From a virus (Duplodnaviria; Caudoviricetes): DNA of 57,352 bases. The notes under the pieces are model-generated. The model was not told the origin of the DNA. It searched no databases and saw nothing but the letters and a program-made list of their open reading frames with translations. Both the position numbers and the translations under genes were made by a program. The stretch lies in IMG/VR virus record IMGVR_UViG_3300030329_004815, positions 1 through 57,352 of that record. One strand, written 5' to 3'. This document shows positions 1-7,832 of this stretch, piece by piece. Each line of letters begins with the position of its first letter. Position 1 is the first letter of the stretch.

Positions 1-78
1 CCACCCGCATATCCAGTGCCGTCATACATTAGCTCTAAATTGTCTGCCGCTGTCGAATCGCCGCTGACCTTGATTATG
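1..78. repeat. Terminal direct repeat, left copy (circular assembly overlap)
   Basis: Bases 1-78 are identical to 57275-57352. Confidence 0.95.
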
Positions 79-440
79 TCTGCGCTGGCGTTGCCACTTG
101 AAACCGTTAGAGTTTCGCCAGCCGTAATTTTTGGCCGGTACAATTCTATGGTTCGGGTGACGGGAGCCATTCCGGTTTTGGTGATATGGAAAACCATTTC
201 CTCGCTATCATTACCGGCGGCAATCGTCATATCCTCGTCCAGCAAAAGTTCGTACACTCCCGGCATGTTGCCGGAGCTAACTTCATTAATAGTGGGGCTG
301 CTCATTTGTGCCGCCGCTGCCCCATTGCGGCTTCGATAAACATCAAACCCGGACAAGCTGGTTTCGCGCGTTGTGAAATCCGTGGAATCCACAGCCACGA
401 AATAGATATATTGATCGGTAGTTCCGGAAGGAATGCGCAT
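1..440 (-). CDS. N-terminal part of a repeat-rich virion/fibre-like protein spanning the circular junction
   Basis: ATG at 440 overlaps the TAA of the upstream gene (TAATG). It reads MRIPSGTTDQYIYFVAVDSTDFTTRET...VSGDSTAADNLELMYDGTGYAGG with no stop to base 1. Missing from the ORF track; the joined product is about 574 aa. Confidence 0.85.
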   Translation of the reverse strand, partial: MRIPSGTTDQYIYFVAVDSTDFTTRETSLSGFDVYRSRNGAAAAQMSSPTINEVSSGNMPGVYELLLDEDMTIAAGNDSEEMVFHITKTGMAPVTRTIELYRPKITAGETLTVSSGNASADIIKVSGDSTAADNLELMYDGTGYAG

Positions 441-1597
441 TAAACTGACCCTGTTTCTATGCCGTGAAGCCCTTGCTTGCCTGTAGTGCCGCCTGAGCCG
501 TCTGCTGTTTTTAGGAAAGCACCAAAATACGCTTCAATTGCAGTAGATGTTGCAGTCAATGGCGTGTATTGGTTGGTTCTCTCGTTTCTCAAATCGTCGC
601 TCATAGTCCAGTTATTCGAGCTTGCATTGGGATACCCGGATGCAGATAAGTCGTAATCCGCTGCGGTAATCGGCTTGGTGATGTCAAGCATGTTGCTGTC
701 AACGGTGAATCGCTTGGTAGTGTTTCCGTAAAAAGCATTTGGTCCGTTGATAACTACTTCCGAGTTGTTTTCGTCCTCGATTGCTACGGCGCAGTTCTCG
801 AAGTAGTTGAATTGACACAATACCTGATCGTCGATCTGGACTCCATTACCGTCCCCAGACGAATGAGATGCATCGGAATATACGAATGCGTTTTGCAAAC
901 AACCACCCGCCGCCGACAATGACTTCCACATCAAATCAACAGTTCCGTTCCAATAAACGACGCTGTTCATTATCCACAACGATTGAATCAAATATGGCAA
1001 AGTTGATTCGCCGCTTCCGCTAATGTTGCAGCCGTAAACAACCGACGACGATCCGCTCGCAAAACAAGCGTTGCCAGATGCGACCATGTTTTCCCAAGTG
1101 CAAAAATAAGCACCGATACTGTTGTCCCCGGTGAACGTGCAGTTATCAAACGTGCATTTATAGAACAACAAATTATTGTCAAGGTTCATAAATGAACCCG
1201 AATCTGTTGACGTGTTGCTGAAGTGGCAGCGATTCCAGACAATGGCATCAACTGTGTCATTGTCAAGCACATCGTCGCTGCCTCCAGCATCCAAGTAGAG
1301 CAAATTCTCGGTGTCACCCGCCGAACTAGAGTACGGCGCAATCACAATTTGACTGGAAATACTGTGTCCGGTTGGCAGCGATCCAAGACTGGTCATCTTG
1401 CTGCTGCTTGAGGTGTTCTTTACGTTTATTCGAACATTGGCTGACGTTCCCGCCGTCGCTGCAAGAGTAAACGCCGCCGACAGTGTTTGCACAGGGTTGC
1501 CCGACGAGCCATCGCCACCGCTGCCCGGCTCAGGGCCGGGGTCTGACCCGCCTGAATGATCGACATATATTTCGGTTACTGCCACAATCTGCTCCAA
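440..1597 (-). CDS. Putative beta-helix virion protein
   Basis: Asn/Ser/Cys-rich periodic pattern (FYKCTFDNCTF, FNYFENCAVAI); within the head operon. Confidence 0.5.
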   Translation of the reverse strand: MEQIVAVTEIYVDHSGGSDPGPEPGSGGDGSSGNPVQTLSAAFTLAATAGTSANVRINVKNTSSSSKMTSLGSLPTGHSISSQIVIAPYSSSAGDTENLLYLDAGGSDDVLDNDTVDAIVWNRCHFSNTSTDSGSFMNLDNNLLFYKCTFDNCTFTGDNSIGAYFCTWENMVASGNACFASGSSSVVYGCNISGSGESTLPYLIQSLWIMNSVVYWNGTVDLMWKSLSAAGGCLQNAFVYSDASHSSGDGNGVQIDDQVLCQFNYFENCAVAIEDENNSEVVINGPNAFYGNTTKRFTVDSNMLDITKPITAADYDLSASGYPNASSNNWTMSDDLRNERTNQYTPLTATSTAIEAYFGAFLKTADGSGGTTGKQGLHGIETGSV

Positions 1598-1668
1598 TAG
1601 TCAGGGAGAGCCGACTATTCGGCCCTCCCTTGTAGTGCTATCAAAAAACCATGAAAAGAACTACGCCT

Positions 1669-2211
1669 CTATTCAACTGACAACTCAGCAATCTTTTCTT
1701 TGTGTTCTTGCAAAGCCCGCTTATAGCGTGACGGAACATCGAGACCCATCATGTCGCGAGCCATGAAAAACTGCTGGTTGTGGGGGTGGTCTGGAGGCAG
1801 GTTGGGGTGTTCTCCGTGCGGGTCGCCCTTGATGGTCACGGCAATTCTTCGGCCATGCTCGTCAGTTTTTTCTTGCTTGGTGTAAACGCCGTACTCGGTG
1901 CTAGTAACCCAAGGAAAAATAGTAACCTCTGGAATAATTCGAGTTCTTTCAAACGTCTCAATAACGCCACCTGAGAGAACACGGTTTGCCTCTGCTTCAA
2001 AGGGAGCAGCAAGCTGGAACGCTTTCTTAGCCAGCACATTAACATCATACGATTTGTTGCTAAGCGCCAGAGACTTGTAAATCTCCAGAGCGGTACGCTC
2101 CAGCAGGCTCATGTCATTTACTTCGCTGGCCGGAACATTTTCGCTGGTTTTTACACTGGCGGCTTTCGGTGTCGCTGCTTTAGTTGTTGTTTTGTTTTTG
2201 GCTTCTGCCAT
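1669..2211 (-). CDS. Hypothetical protein
   Basis: 180 aa, GAGG RBS, co-oriented with the head genes. Confidence 0.65.
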   Translation of the reverse strand: MAEAKNKTTTKAATPKAASVKTSENVPASEVNDMSLLERTALEIYKSLALSNKSYDVNVLAKKAFQLAAPFEAEANRVLSGGVIETFERTRIIPEVTIFPWVTSTEYGVYTKQEKTDEHGRRIAVTIKGDPHGEHPNLPPDHPHNQQFFMARDMMGLDVPSRYKRALQEHKEKIAELSVE

Positions 2212-2232
2212 TGTTGTTTACCTCAGATTAAA

Positions 2233-2268
2233 GAAAAAAAAAGGACTCCCAGAAAGCTCTGGGAGTCC
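2233..2268 (-). terminator. Intrinsic terminator after the capsid/decoration genes
   Basis: Minus strand GGACTCCCAGAG-CTTT-CTGGGAGTCC-type hairpin followed by a run of 9 T. Confidence 0.8.
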
Positions 2269-2303
2269 CGTATGGAAATAGGGAGTTCTCCCTAGTTGTC
2301 GTT

Positions 2304-2828
2304 CTACAGTGCCGAGTTAGGAATGGCTTTCGCGTAAGCGTTGCCAGTCATAATCCAGAAGCTTGTGATTAACAATCCGTTGCTGATGTCGTCGCCTTCG
2401 TAAAAGACTTGAACATGGTCAAACCCACCGTCAACGTCAAGGCTGTCAGCCATGACTTCAACCAAAATCACAGAATTGCTGCCGTCAGTAGCAAGGTCCG
2501 TGCTGTTGACAGAAGCCAAATCGAGGTCGTCGGTAGCTGTTGTCAATTCAACAGCCGTCCACTGGGTCACGGCACTCATGGTCCCGATTTTGTGCCACAA
2601 CTTTGTAAAGTTCAAAGCTTTTGACCCACTTCCGGAATTGTCGGTGGCTTGGTTCAGCTTGATAGACAAGTCGTCGCCCGCTGTTCCTGCTGGCTTCGAG
2701 AGACACAAGTAAGCTCGGTCCTTATCTTTCAGCGAAACCCAATCGCCCGTAACGTCGTTATTGGCTTCAGCATTGATTTGATCTGGAATAAGATCGAATC
2801 CTTGCTCAAATAATGATCCGTTAAACAT
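2304..2828 (-). CDS. Putative head decoration/cement protein
   Basis: Directly after the major capsid gene; start revised to the ATG at 2828 behind AGGAG; beta-rich, 174 aa. Confidence 0.6.
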   Translation of the reverse strand: MFNGSLFEQGFDLIPDQINAEANNDVTGDWVSLKDKDRAYLCLSKPAGTAGDDLSIKLNQATDNSGSGSKALNFTKLWHKIGTMSAVTQWTAVELTTATDDLDLASVNSTDLATDGSNSVILVEVMADSLDVDGGFDHVQVFYEGDDISNGLLITSFWIMTGNAYAKAIPNSAL

Positions 2829-2838
2829 ATTCTTACTC

Positions 2839-4110
2839 CTATGCTCGCTCGGCCAAGTTAATGTAAGCAGACTGGGTGTTTGAACCCTTGTACTGCGTAA
2901 CGGCTGTGTCTTCCCACGGACGGCCATCTACTCTCATGACAAATCGCAGAGCAGTCTGGTCAGTCAAGAATTCAACGTGAATCGAAGCTTCTTGAGTGAT
3001 GCCACCCTTAGAAATGGTCAGGTATTGAGACAGGTCAGCGAGGATAATGTCATTAGCGTCACCAAGGGTGGCGTTAAATTCAGTTTCGGTTCGTTTAGCA
3101 CCTTTGAGAGTCTGTGGAGACTGCTCTGCGATGCTGTTGTTGGTGCGGTAGAGCGGAACGCCACCGTTTCCAAAGTCATAGCCAAGATTGTCAATTTGAG
3201 CGCCACAATCTTGATGGTGGAACCACTGGTACTTGTTAGAACCCATGGCTCGTCGCGCCCACATTTTGTCAATGTTAGCAGATACGATTGTATCAGCAGC
3301 TTGACCAGATTCCTTGGCAACAGAAACCAATGATCCGCCGTTGGTGATTCCCAAAGGCTGACCAGCGCCAGTTCCGTTGAATACTGCATCGCCGAGCATG
3401 AAGTTAAATTCAGCAGCGGCACAGCGAGAAACGTAATCTTCCAAGGAAGAACCAGTGTCCTGAAGAATTTCGTCTGTCAGGTAAACCAAAACAGCACATT
3501 TCTTCAGTCGCAAAGAAACTTGAGCCAGAGTTGGGTTAGATTTGGTCAACGAACCGCCTTCAGCAACCCAGTAACCACGAACGCCACCGTGACGGCTTCC
3601 GTTAGCTCGGCTTGTTTCAGCGTTGCGAGTAAACGTCAGAGAGTTGCCACCAACCGTGTAGTTGTCGGTCTGAGCAAAAATGTCGTTTTCGTAAACTCGC
3701 TCAAGAATGCTCTTGGAAAATTCAGGGTAAACCATGAATCCACCGTCAGCACCAACTTGCTCGCTCATACCCTGAACGGCTTTCATTACTGGCTGGTAAG
3801 GAGTCATGGCTTGTTTGCGCCACTCGCCCTGACCTTTTGCAGCATAACCCGACTTCAGGAAATCGCCAAAAGATTTAAATTCCGATTTGCCACAACCTTG
3901 CCAACCTTCAGCAACATAGTTGCTGCGATGATTAGCGTTATCGGCATTAATCGTTGCCACTTCTTCAGTTTCACCCCAATATGACGCCGAAGAGTCACTA
4001 TGGGATTTTACAATTGAGCCTTCAGCAGCAGTCTTCAGAGCGGCAGTCAAGTCACCGACCTCGCTTTTCAATTCTGCAATCTGTTGCTCTGGTGTCTTGT
4101 TATCAGACAT
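2839..4110 (-). CDS. Major capsid protein, HK97 fold
   Basis: ADGGFMVYPEFS, WVAEGGSLTKSNPT, LTDEILQD, FNGTGAGQPLGI and FLTDQTALRFVMRVDG motifs, with an N-terminal delta domain. Confidence 0.93.
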   Translation of the reverse strand: MSDNKTPEQQIAELKSEVGDLTAALKTAAEGSIVKSHSDSSASYWGETEEVATINADNANHRSNYVAEGWQGCGKSEFKSFGDFLKSGYAAKGQGEWRKQAMTPYQPVMKAVQGMSEQVGADGGFMVYPEFSKSILERVYENDIFAQTDNYTVGGNSLTFTRNAETSRANGSRHGGVRGYWVAEGGSLTKSNPTLAQVSLRLKKCAVLVYLTDEILQDTGSSLEDYVSRCAAAEFNFMLGDAVFNGTGAGQPLGITNGGSLVSVAKESGQAADTIVSANIDKMWARRAMGSNKYQWFHHQDCGAQIDNLGYDFGNGGVPLYRTNNSIAEQSPQTLKGAKRTETEFNATLGDANDIILADLSQYLTISKGGITQEASIHVEFLTDQTALRFVMRVDGRPWEDTAVTQYKGSNTQSAYINLAERA

Positions 4111-5276
4111 TACTTACTCCTGCTAAAAGGAACTTGTTCCTGCATTAGAGATTTGAGGTGAGAAACCGCTTCCCGAACCTCGGAAATATCTCCGTCCAAT
4201 TTGTCAATTGTTGGAGATACTTGTTTCATATTGCCAGCCTCGGAAACCAAGTCTGACCAGCTTTTGGCGATCGACGAAATGGCAGACGCGCTGTGGCCGT
4301 CAACGGACTCGCTGATAGCGTCGAGCTTGCCGCTCATGCTCAATACGTTATATCGCTGCAATGGATTTTTAGAGAGAAAGGATTTCATCAACTCCTCTTC
4401 CTCTTCCATCATTTTTTTAGGGTCAGTTGCTTCGTCGTCGTAAGCTGGCATGTCGTCTTTATATTCAGACTGATGCCCGCCTTCGAGTGCGCCCATAAGT
4501 TTTTGCATTGCGGCAAGAACTTCATTAAGAAGCCCTTCGGTGTTTGGATTTTCCAAACTCGACATTGCCTTTTTGACATTTTTTGAGCAAGCGTGTAACT
4601 GGGAGTGAGTCGCCTGCAAAATTAGCGAGCCGAGTTTCTCCCCGGAGGTGTTCTGGTTCATATTCTCCCAGCCTATCTTAAAAGTTTTAGTTGTTCGTTC
4701 GGGAATAGCCGACATGAGCGACTTGCGAATGGACCCGTCCATTTGCGATCCTGCCAAACGATTAGACGACAAAGCACAGCGGATGGCTTCGGGGTTTACT
4801 CCGATGGGACACCAAGACCATTCTTCTAGCTCCCAAGAATTAAACAAGCGGCCCTCGCTTTTGATGATCGGCTGCTCTAAAGGACAAAACCGAACGGAAG
4901 TCGCCCGGATAATGCCTTCAGTGATCAAATCAAAAATTTGCTCTGACTGCTTGCACTTAGAAGAAAAATAGCTGGTGCCAATCCAGCCGTCCTGCGACTT
5001 GACTATAGAAAGCTTTCCGTTCCTGTCTTCGCATTTCGCAATCGGGATAGATATGTCTTTGCCGTGATCCCACAAAACGACCGGGTTTGACTTGTACTTT
5101 TCCGTCGAGCCGCCTTCGGGGTTCAACGAATCGTTTGTCCTGTCCCATGCCGGAGTGGTAATAACAGCGGTGGCCGACATCTCATTCGTGTCATAGCCGA
5201 CCGACCCCACAGAGGTATATCCCTGTGACCCATCCAGATTGAAAAATTTGCCGAGCTTGTTTCTTTGTCTTTCCAT
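4110..5276 (-). CDS. HK97-type prohead protease with C-terminal scaffold region
   Basis: NPVVLWDH, PIAK, IRATSVRF and LEEWSWCPIGVNPEA motifs, then a coiled-coil tail; immediately upstream of the major capsid gene. Confidence 0.88.
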   Translation of the reverse strand: MERQRNKLGKFFNLDGSQGYTSVGSVGYDTNEMSATAVITTPAWDRTNDSLNPEGGSTEKYKSNPVVLWDHGKDISIPIAKCEDRNGKLSIVKSQDGWIGTSYFSSKCKQSEQIFDLITEGIIRATSVRFCPLEQPIIKSEGRLFNSWELEEWSWCPIGVNPEAIRCALSSNRLAGSQMDGSIRKSLMSAIPERTTKTFKIGWENMNQNTSGEKLGSLILQATHSQLHACSKNVKKAMSSLENPNTEGLLNEVLAAMQKLMGALEGGHQSEYKDDMPAYDDEATDPKKMMEEEEELMKSFLSKNPLQRYNVLSMSGKLDAISESVDGHSASAISSIAKSWSDLVSEAGNMKQVSPTIDKLDGDISEVREAVSHLKSLMQEQVPFSRSK

Positions 5277-5283
5277 CGGGCTA

Positions 5284-5313
5284 AAATTACCAATTCCTTA
5301 AAGTCGCGTGCAA
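5284..5313 (-). promoter_or_regulatory. Sigma70-like promoter for the protease/capsid genes
   Basis: TTGCAC-N18-TAATTT with extended TG, 7 nt upstream of the ATG at 5276. Confidence 0.4.
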
Positions 5314-5320
5314 GCCCACT

Positions 5321-5629
5321 TTAGAGCAAACGGAACATTTCAAGCAAGCAGGGGTTGGACCGAAATACCGCAAGCTCGCCTTTTGTTCCTCTCAAAACGA
5401 AATCTTCTTCCGTACTGTCGTCACTCAGGTCCATTTGAGTGTTTATAGCGTGTTTTATTTCGTGCCAGAGTGTTTCAATCTGGTTTTGCATCGGCAGGTC
5501 CGAGCAGACGCAAATTAGCAGCCGATCATCACAGCAGAACCCGTCGTCGTCGTCCATTTCTGTTCTTGGCTTTAAAATTACCTCGTATTTGACGTGCAGC
5601 ACTTGAATATGGGACGGCCAGTTAATCAT
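5321..5629 (-). CDS. HExxH metallopeptidase-like protein
   Basis: ETLWHEIKHAI motif; start revised to the ATGA overlap at 5629. Confidence 0.65.
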   Translation of the reverse strand: MINWPSHIQVLHVKYEVILKPRTEMDDDDGFCCDDRLLICVCSDLPMQNQIETLWHEIKHAINTQMDLSDDSTEEDFVLRGTKGELAVFRSNPCLLEMFRLL

Positions 5630-6807
5630 TGAAAGCTTCGGGCAAGGTTTAAAGAGCATATCTTTCTATCTACCTCGCCGTAATCAGAATCCAAGACAAT
5701 TGAAGTCATGGACTGGGCTGAACCGTAGCCCTTGTCGGCGTGGTATTGATCTGGCGGAACTAGAGTGTTGAAAGCCTCAAAATGCACCCCGCCAATCTCG
5801 TCTCTGACCTTATGATGAATATGACCGGTCCAGCAATAGGTGAATTTTGCTTCCCCGTGTTCCTTGCGATAATCACGGGTTATTGCTTCATGAAGCCGCT
5901 TAAACCCCTTTTCTCCGTGATCCAGCGGCACAAAGTTACTTCCAAAGGAATAGTGCAGCATTTTAGTTTCGTTGCGAATAATGCTTACTCGCGGATTGTT
6001 GACAAAGTACGCTTCCAGAACGTAGTTGATCCAAAACGCCGCCGACGAATCGTGGTTGCCCCGGACGTTGTAAACCTCGACCTTGCTAAATTTTTCTAAT
6101 CCAACAAGCACGACATGCCGCATAAACTCTCCGGCAGCGCGAGCTACTTTTGGAAATCTGCCGTCATGATCTAGCTGGTTGCCGCTAGCCGGTGTCATAA
6201 ACGACGGGTCGTTGCAGTGAAGCAAATCGCCAAGATTGATAATTGCAATCGTCTCAGAGTTTGGCGAAGTCTCAATTAAATATTCGGCAGCCGATTTTAA
6301 ATCACGCAAGCCGATGTTGAGGTTGTGGTTTTCCCTGCCGGTTTCCGGCGCCCATGCAAACATCCCCAGATGGGCATCGCCAATTAACAAATTGGTTTTT
6401 AGCCGCGAAGTCTTTTTGCCCTTGGGTGCCTTTATTTTTTTGTAGGGCGTAACATCCTCGCAGACTGCCTCTACAAATGCTCTTATGCTGGCCTCAAGTT
6501 CTTCGGCGCTTCTCTTGGATTTTGTCCAAACTCTTTCTAGCTGACCGTCACCCGAATGTTGGTGCGTCATTCGCTCCACGAAATACCCACTGGGAGTTGG
6601 GTGAACCATGTCGTGGTCGGGTGAGTACCCGCGAGAGCAAGCGTAATCCTTCACACGCTGCGCCGTCTTGTTGACAGTAGTGTGGTGAAACCCCAGCGCC
6701 CTAGCGGCGGCGTGACGGGTTCCAAACTCCACTATAGCTTCCAAGACTCTTCGCTGGCTATCAGACCGGCAAAAACTCAAAAGCCCTTGAGCTTCGTCTT
6801 TTTTCAT
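5626..6807 (-). CDS. Calcineurin-like metallophosphoesterase with N-terminal HTH
   Basis: GDAHLG, NLGDLLH, GNHD, HGE and GHIHH motifs. Confidence 0.85.
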   Translation of the reverse strand: MKKDEAQGLLSFCRSDSQRRVLEAIVEFGTRHAAARALGFHHTTVNKTAQRVKDYACSRGYSPDHDMVHPTPSGYFVERMTHQHSGDGQLERVWTKSKRSAEELEASIRAFVEAVCEDVTPYKKIKAPKGKKTSRLKTNLLIGDAHLGMFAWAPETGRENHNLNIGLRDLKSAAEYLIETSPNSETIAIINLGDLLHCNDPSFMTPASGNQLDHDGRFPKVARAAGEFMRHVVLVGLEKFSKVEVYNVRGNHDSSAAFWINYVLEAYFVNNPRVSIIRNETKMLHYSFGSNFVPLDHGEKGFKRLHEAITRDYRKEHGEAKFTYCWTGHIHHKVRDEIGGVHFEAFNTLVPPDQYHADKGYGSAQSMTSIVLDSDYGEVDRKICSLNLARSFQ

Positions 6808-6820
6808 TTAATTGCAGGGG

Positions 6821-7645
6821 TTAAGTCATCGAACGACGGATGACCCATCTTAGAAAACACCGGCACATATAATGCGCCGGCGGACCTTCAAACTCCCCCC
6901 AATTTTCTTCGGTCGTCTCATGCAACGGGCTGCACACGGGGCAGACCAAAGCATCGTCTTGAGTCACCCATACAGGAATTATCTCTAACGCAATATCGTC
7001 AAGAATCGGCCTTTCCGGAATCCCTTCGTAGTCAATGCCATAAAGCCCTATTGAGTCTGGTCGATCCTCCAATATCTCTCTCGCCACAGGCGGCGTGCTT
7101 ACAAGCAGGGTTTGTATGTAAACTGCTGCAAGCATTTCGCCAGCCGTAATTGCAGAAGTAACAAGCCCCACTGCGATAATCATTGCTTTGTTTTCGGCAA
7201 AAATATCCTCGAACATTTCCGTAACAAAAACAGCCGTGTCTTCATCTTCGTCGGCGGACGGCACTGTTTCAGCAATGTTAGTCAAAACCATGTCGCTAAA
7301 GTTCACCGAGAACTGTTCGGCGCGGCGCTTGGCATCGCGCGAAACAGCCCGATTGTTCGCTGGAGTTGCAAGGCTTTCAAACGTCGGGCGCAGCATAATA
7401 TTAAGCGCGTCAGACATAACCAGAGCAATCACTGGCTGAACAGCAGACGCCAGCCGCTTCTTCATTGTCTCCCAAAAACCGCGAGAAGGAAGCTTGCCCG
7501 TGTTCTGATACACGGCAATTGCTGATTCCTTGTACTCCTCAAAAACTGGAAGCAAAGAATCCTCAATTGTTTTCTCTCGCTCTCTTCTCTGTGGATCGTC
7601 TGGCAATTTAAATCTCCTTTTGCCACTCGTCCAAAATCTCGACAA
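6821..7645 (-). CDS. MuF / SPP1 gp7-like head morphogenesis protein (no toxin extension)
   Basis: C-terminal WVTQDDALVCPVC...GPPAHYMCRC; downstream of the portal gene. Confidence 0.8.
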   Translation of the reverse strand: MSRFWTSGKRRFKLPDDPQRREREKTIEDSLLPVFEEYKESAIAVYQNTGKLPSRGFWETMKKRLASAVQPVIALVMSDALNIMLRPTFESLATPANNRAVSRDAKRRAEQFSVNFSDMVLTNIAETVPSADEDEDTAVFVTEMFEDIFAENKAMIIAVGLVTSAITAGEMLAAVYIQTLLVSTPPVAREILEDRPDSIGLYGIDYEGIPERPILDDIALEIIPVWVTQDDALVCPVCSPLHETTEENWGEFEGPPAHYMCRCFLRWVIRRSMT

Positions 7646-7832
7646 ATGCTTCGCCGATGTCTTGCCTCAATTTTCGTGCGGTATCAATAGACATGAATTT
7701 ATACTCTGTCCCGCCTTCCTTTGCCCTCATCTCTAACACAATCAATTTTACAGGCAAGCCGTCCTGTGTTGTGCTAGCAGGGTAGCAAAGAATGTTTTTA
7801 TGTAGCTCTCCTACCACCCGGTCTTCGCTCAT
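7608..7832 (-). CDS. Small hypothetical protein
   Basis: ATG at 7832; bridges and overlaps the portal and MuF genes. Confidence 0.45.
   Translation of the reverse strand: MSEDRVVGELHKNILCYPASTTQDGLPVKLIVLEMRAKEGGTEYKFMSIDTARKLRQDIGEAFVEILDEWQKEI

Noticed and set aside
1-78. Biological terminal repeat of the virion DNA
   Set aside because: It falls mid-gene and is about k-mer sized, so it is best explained as assembler overlap.
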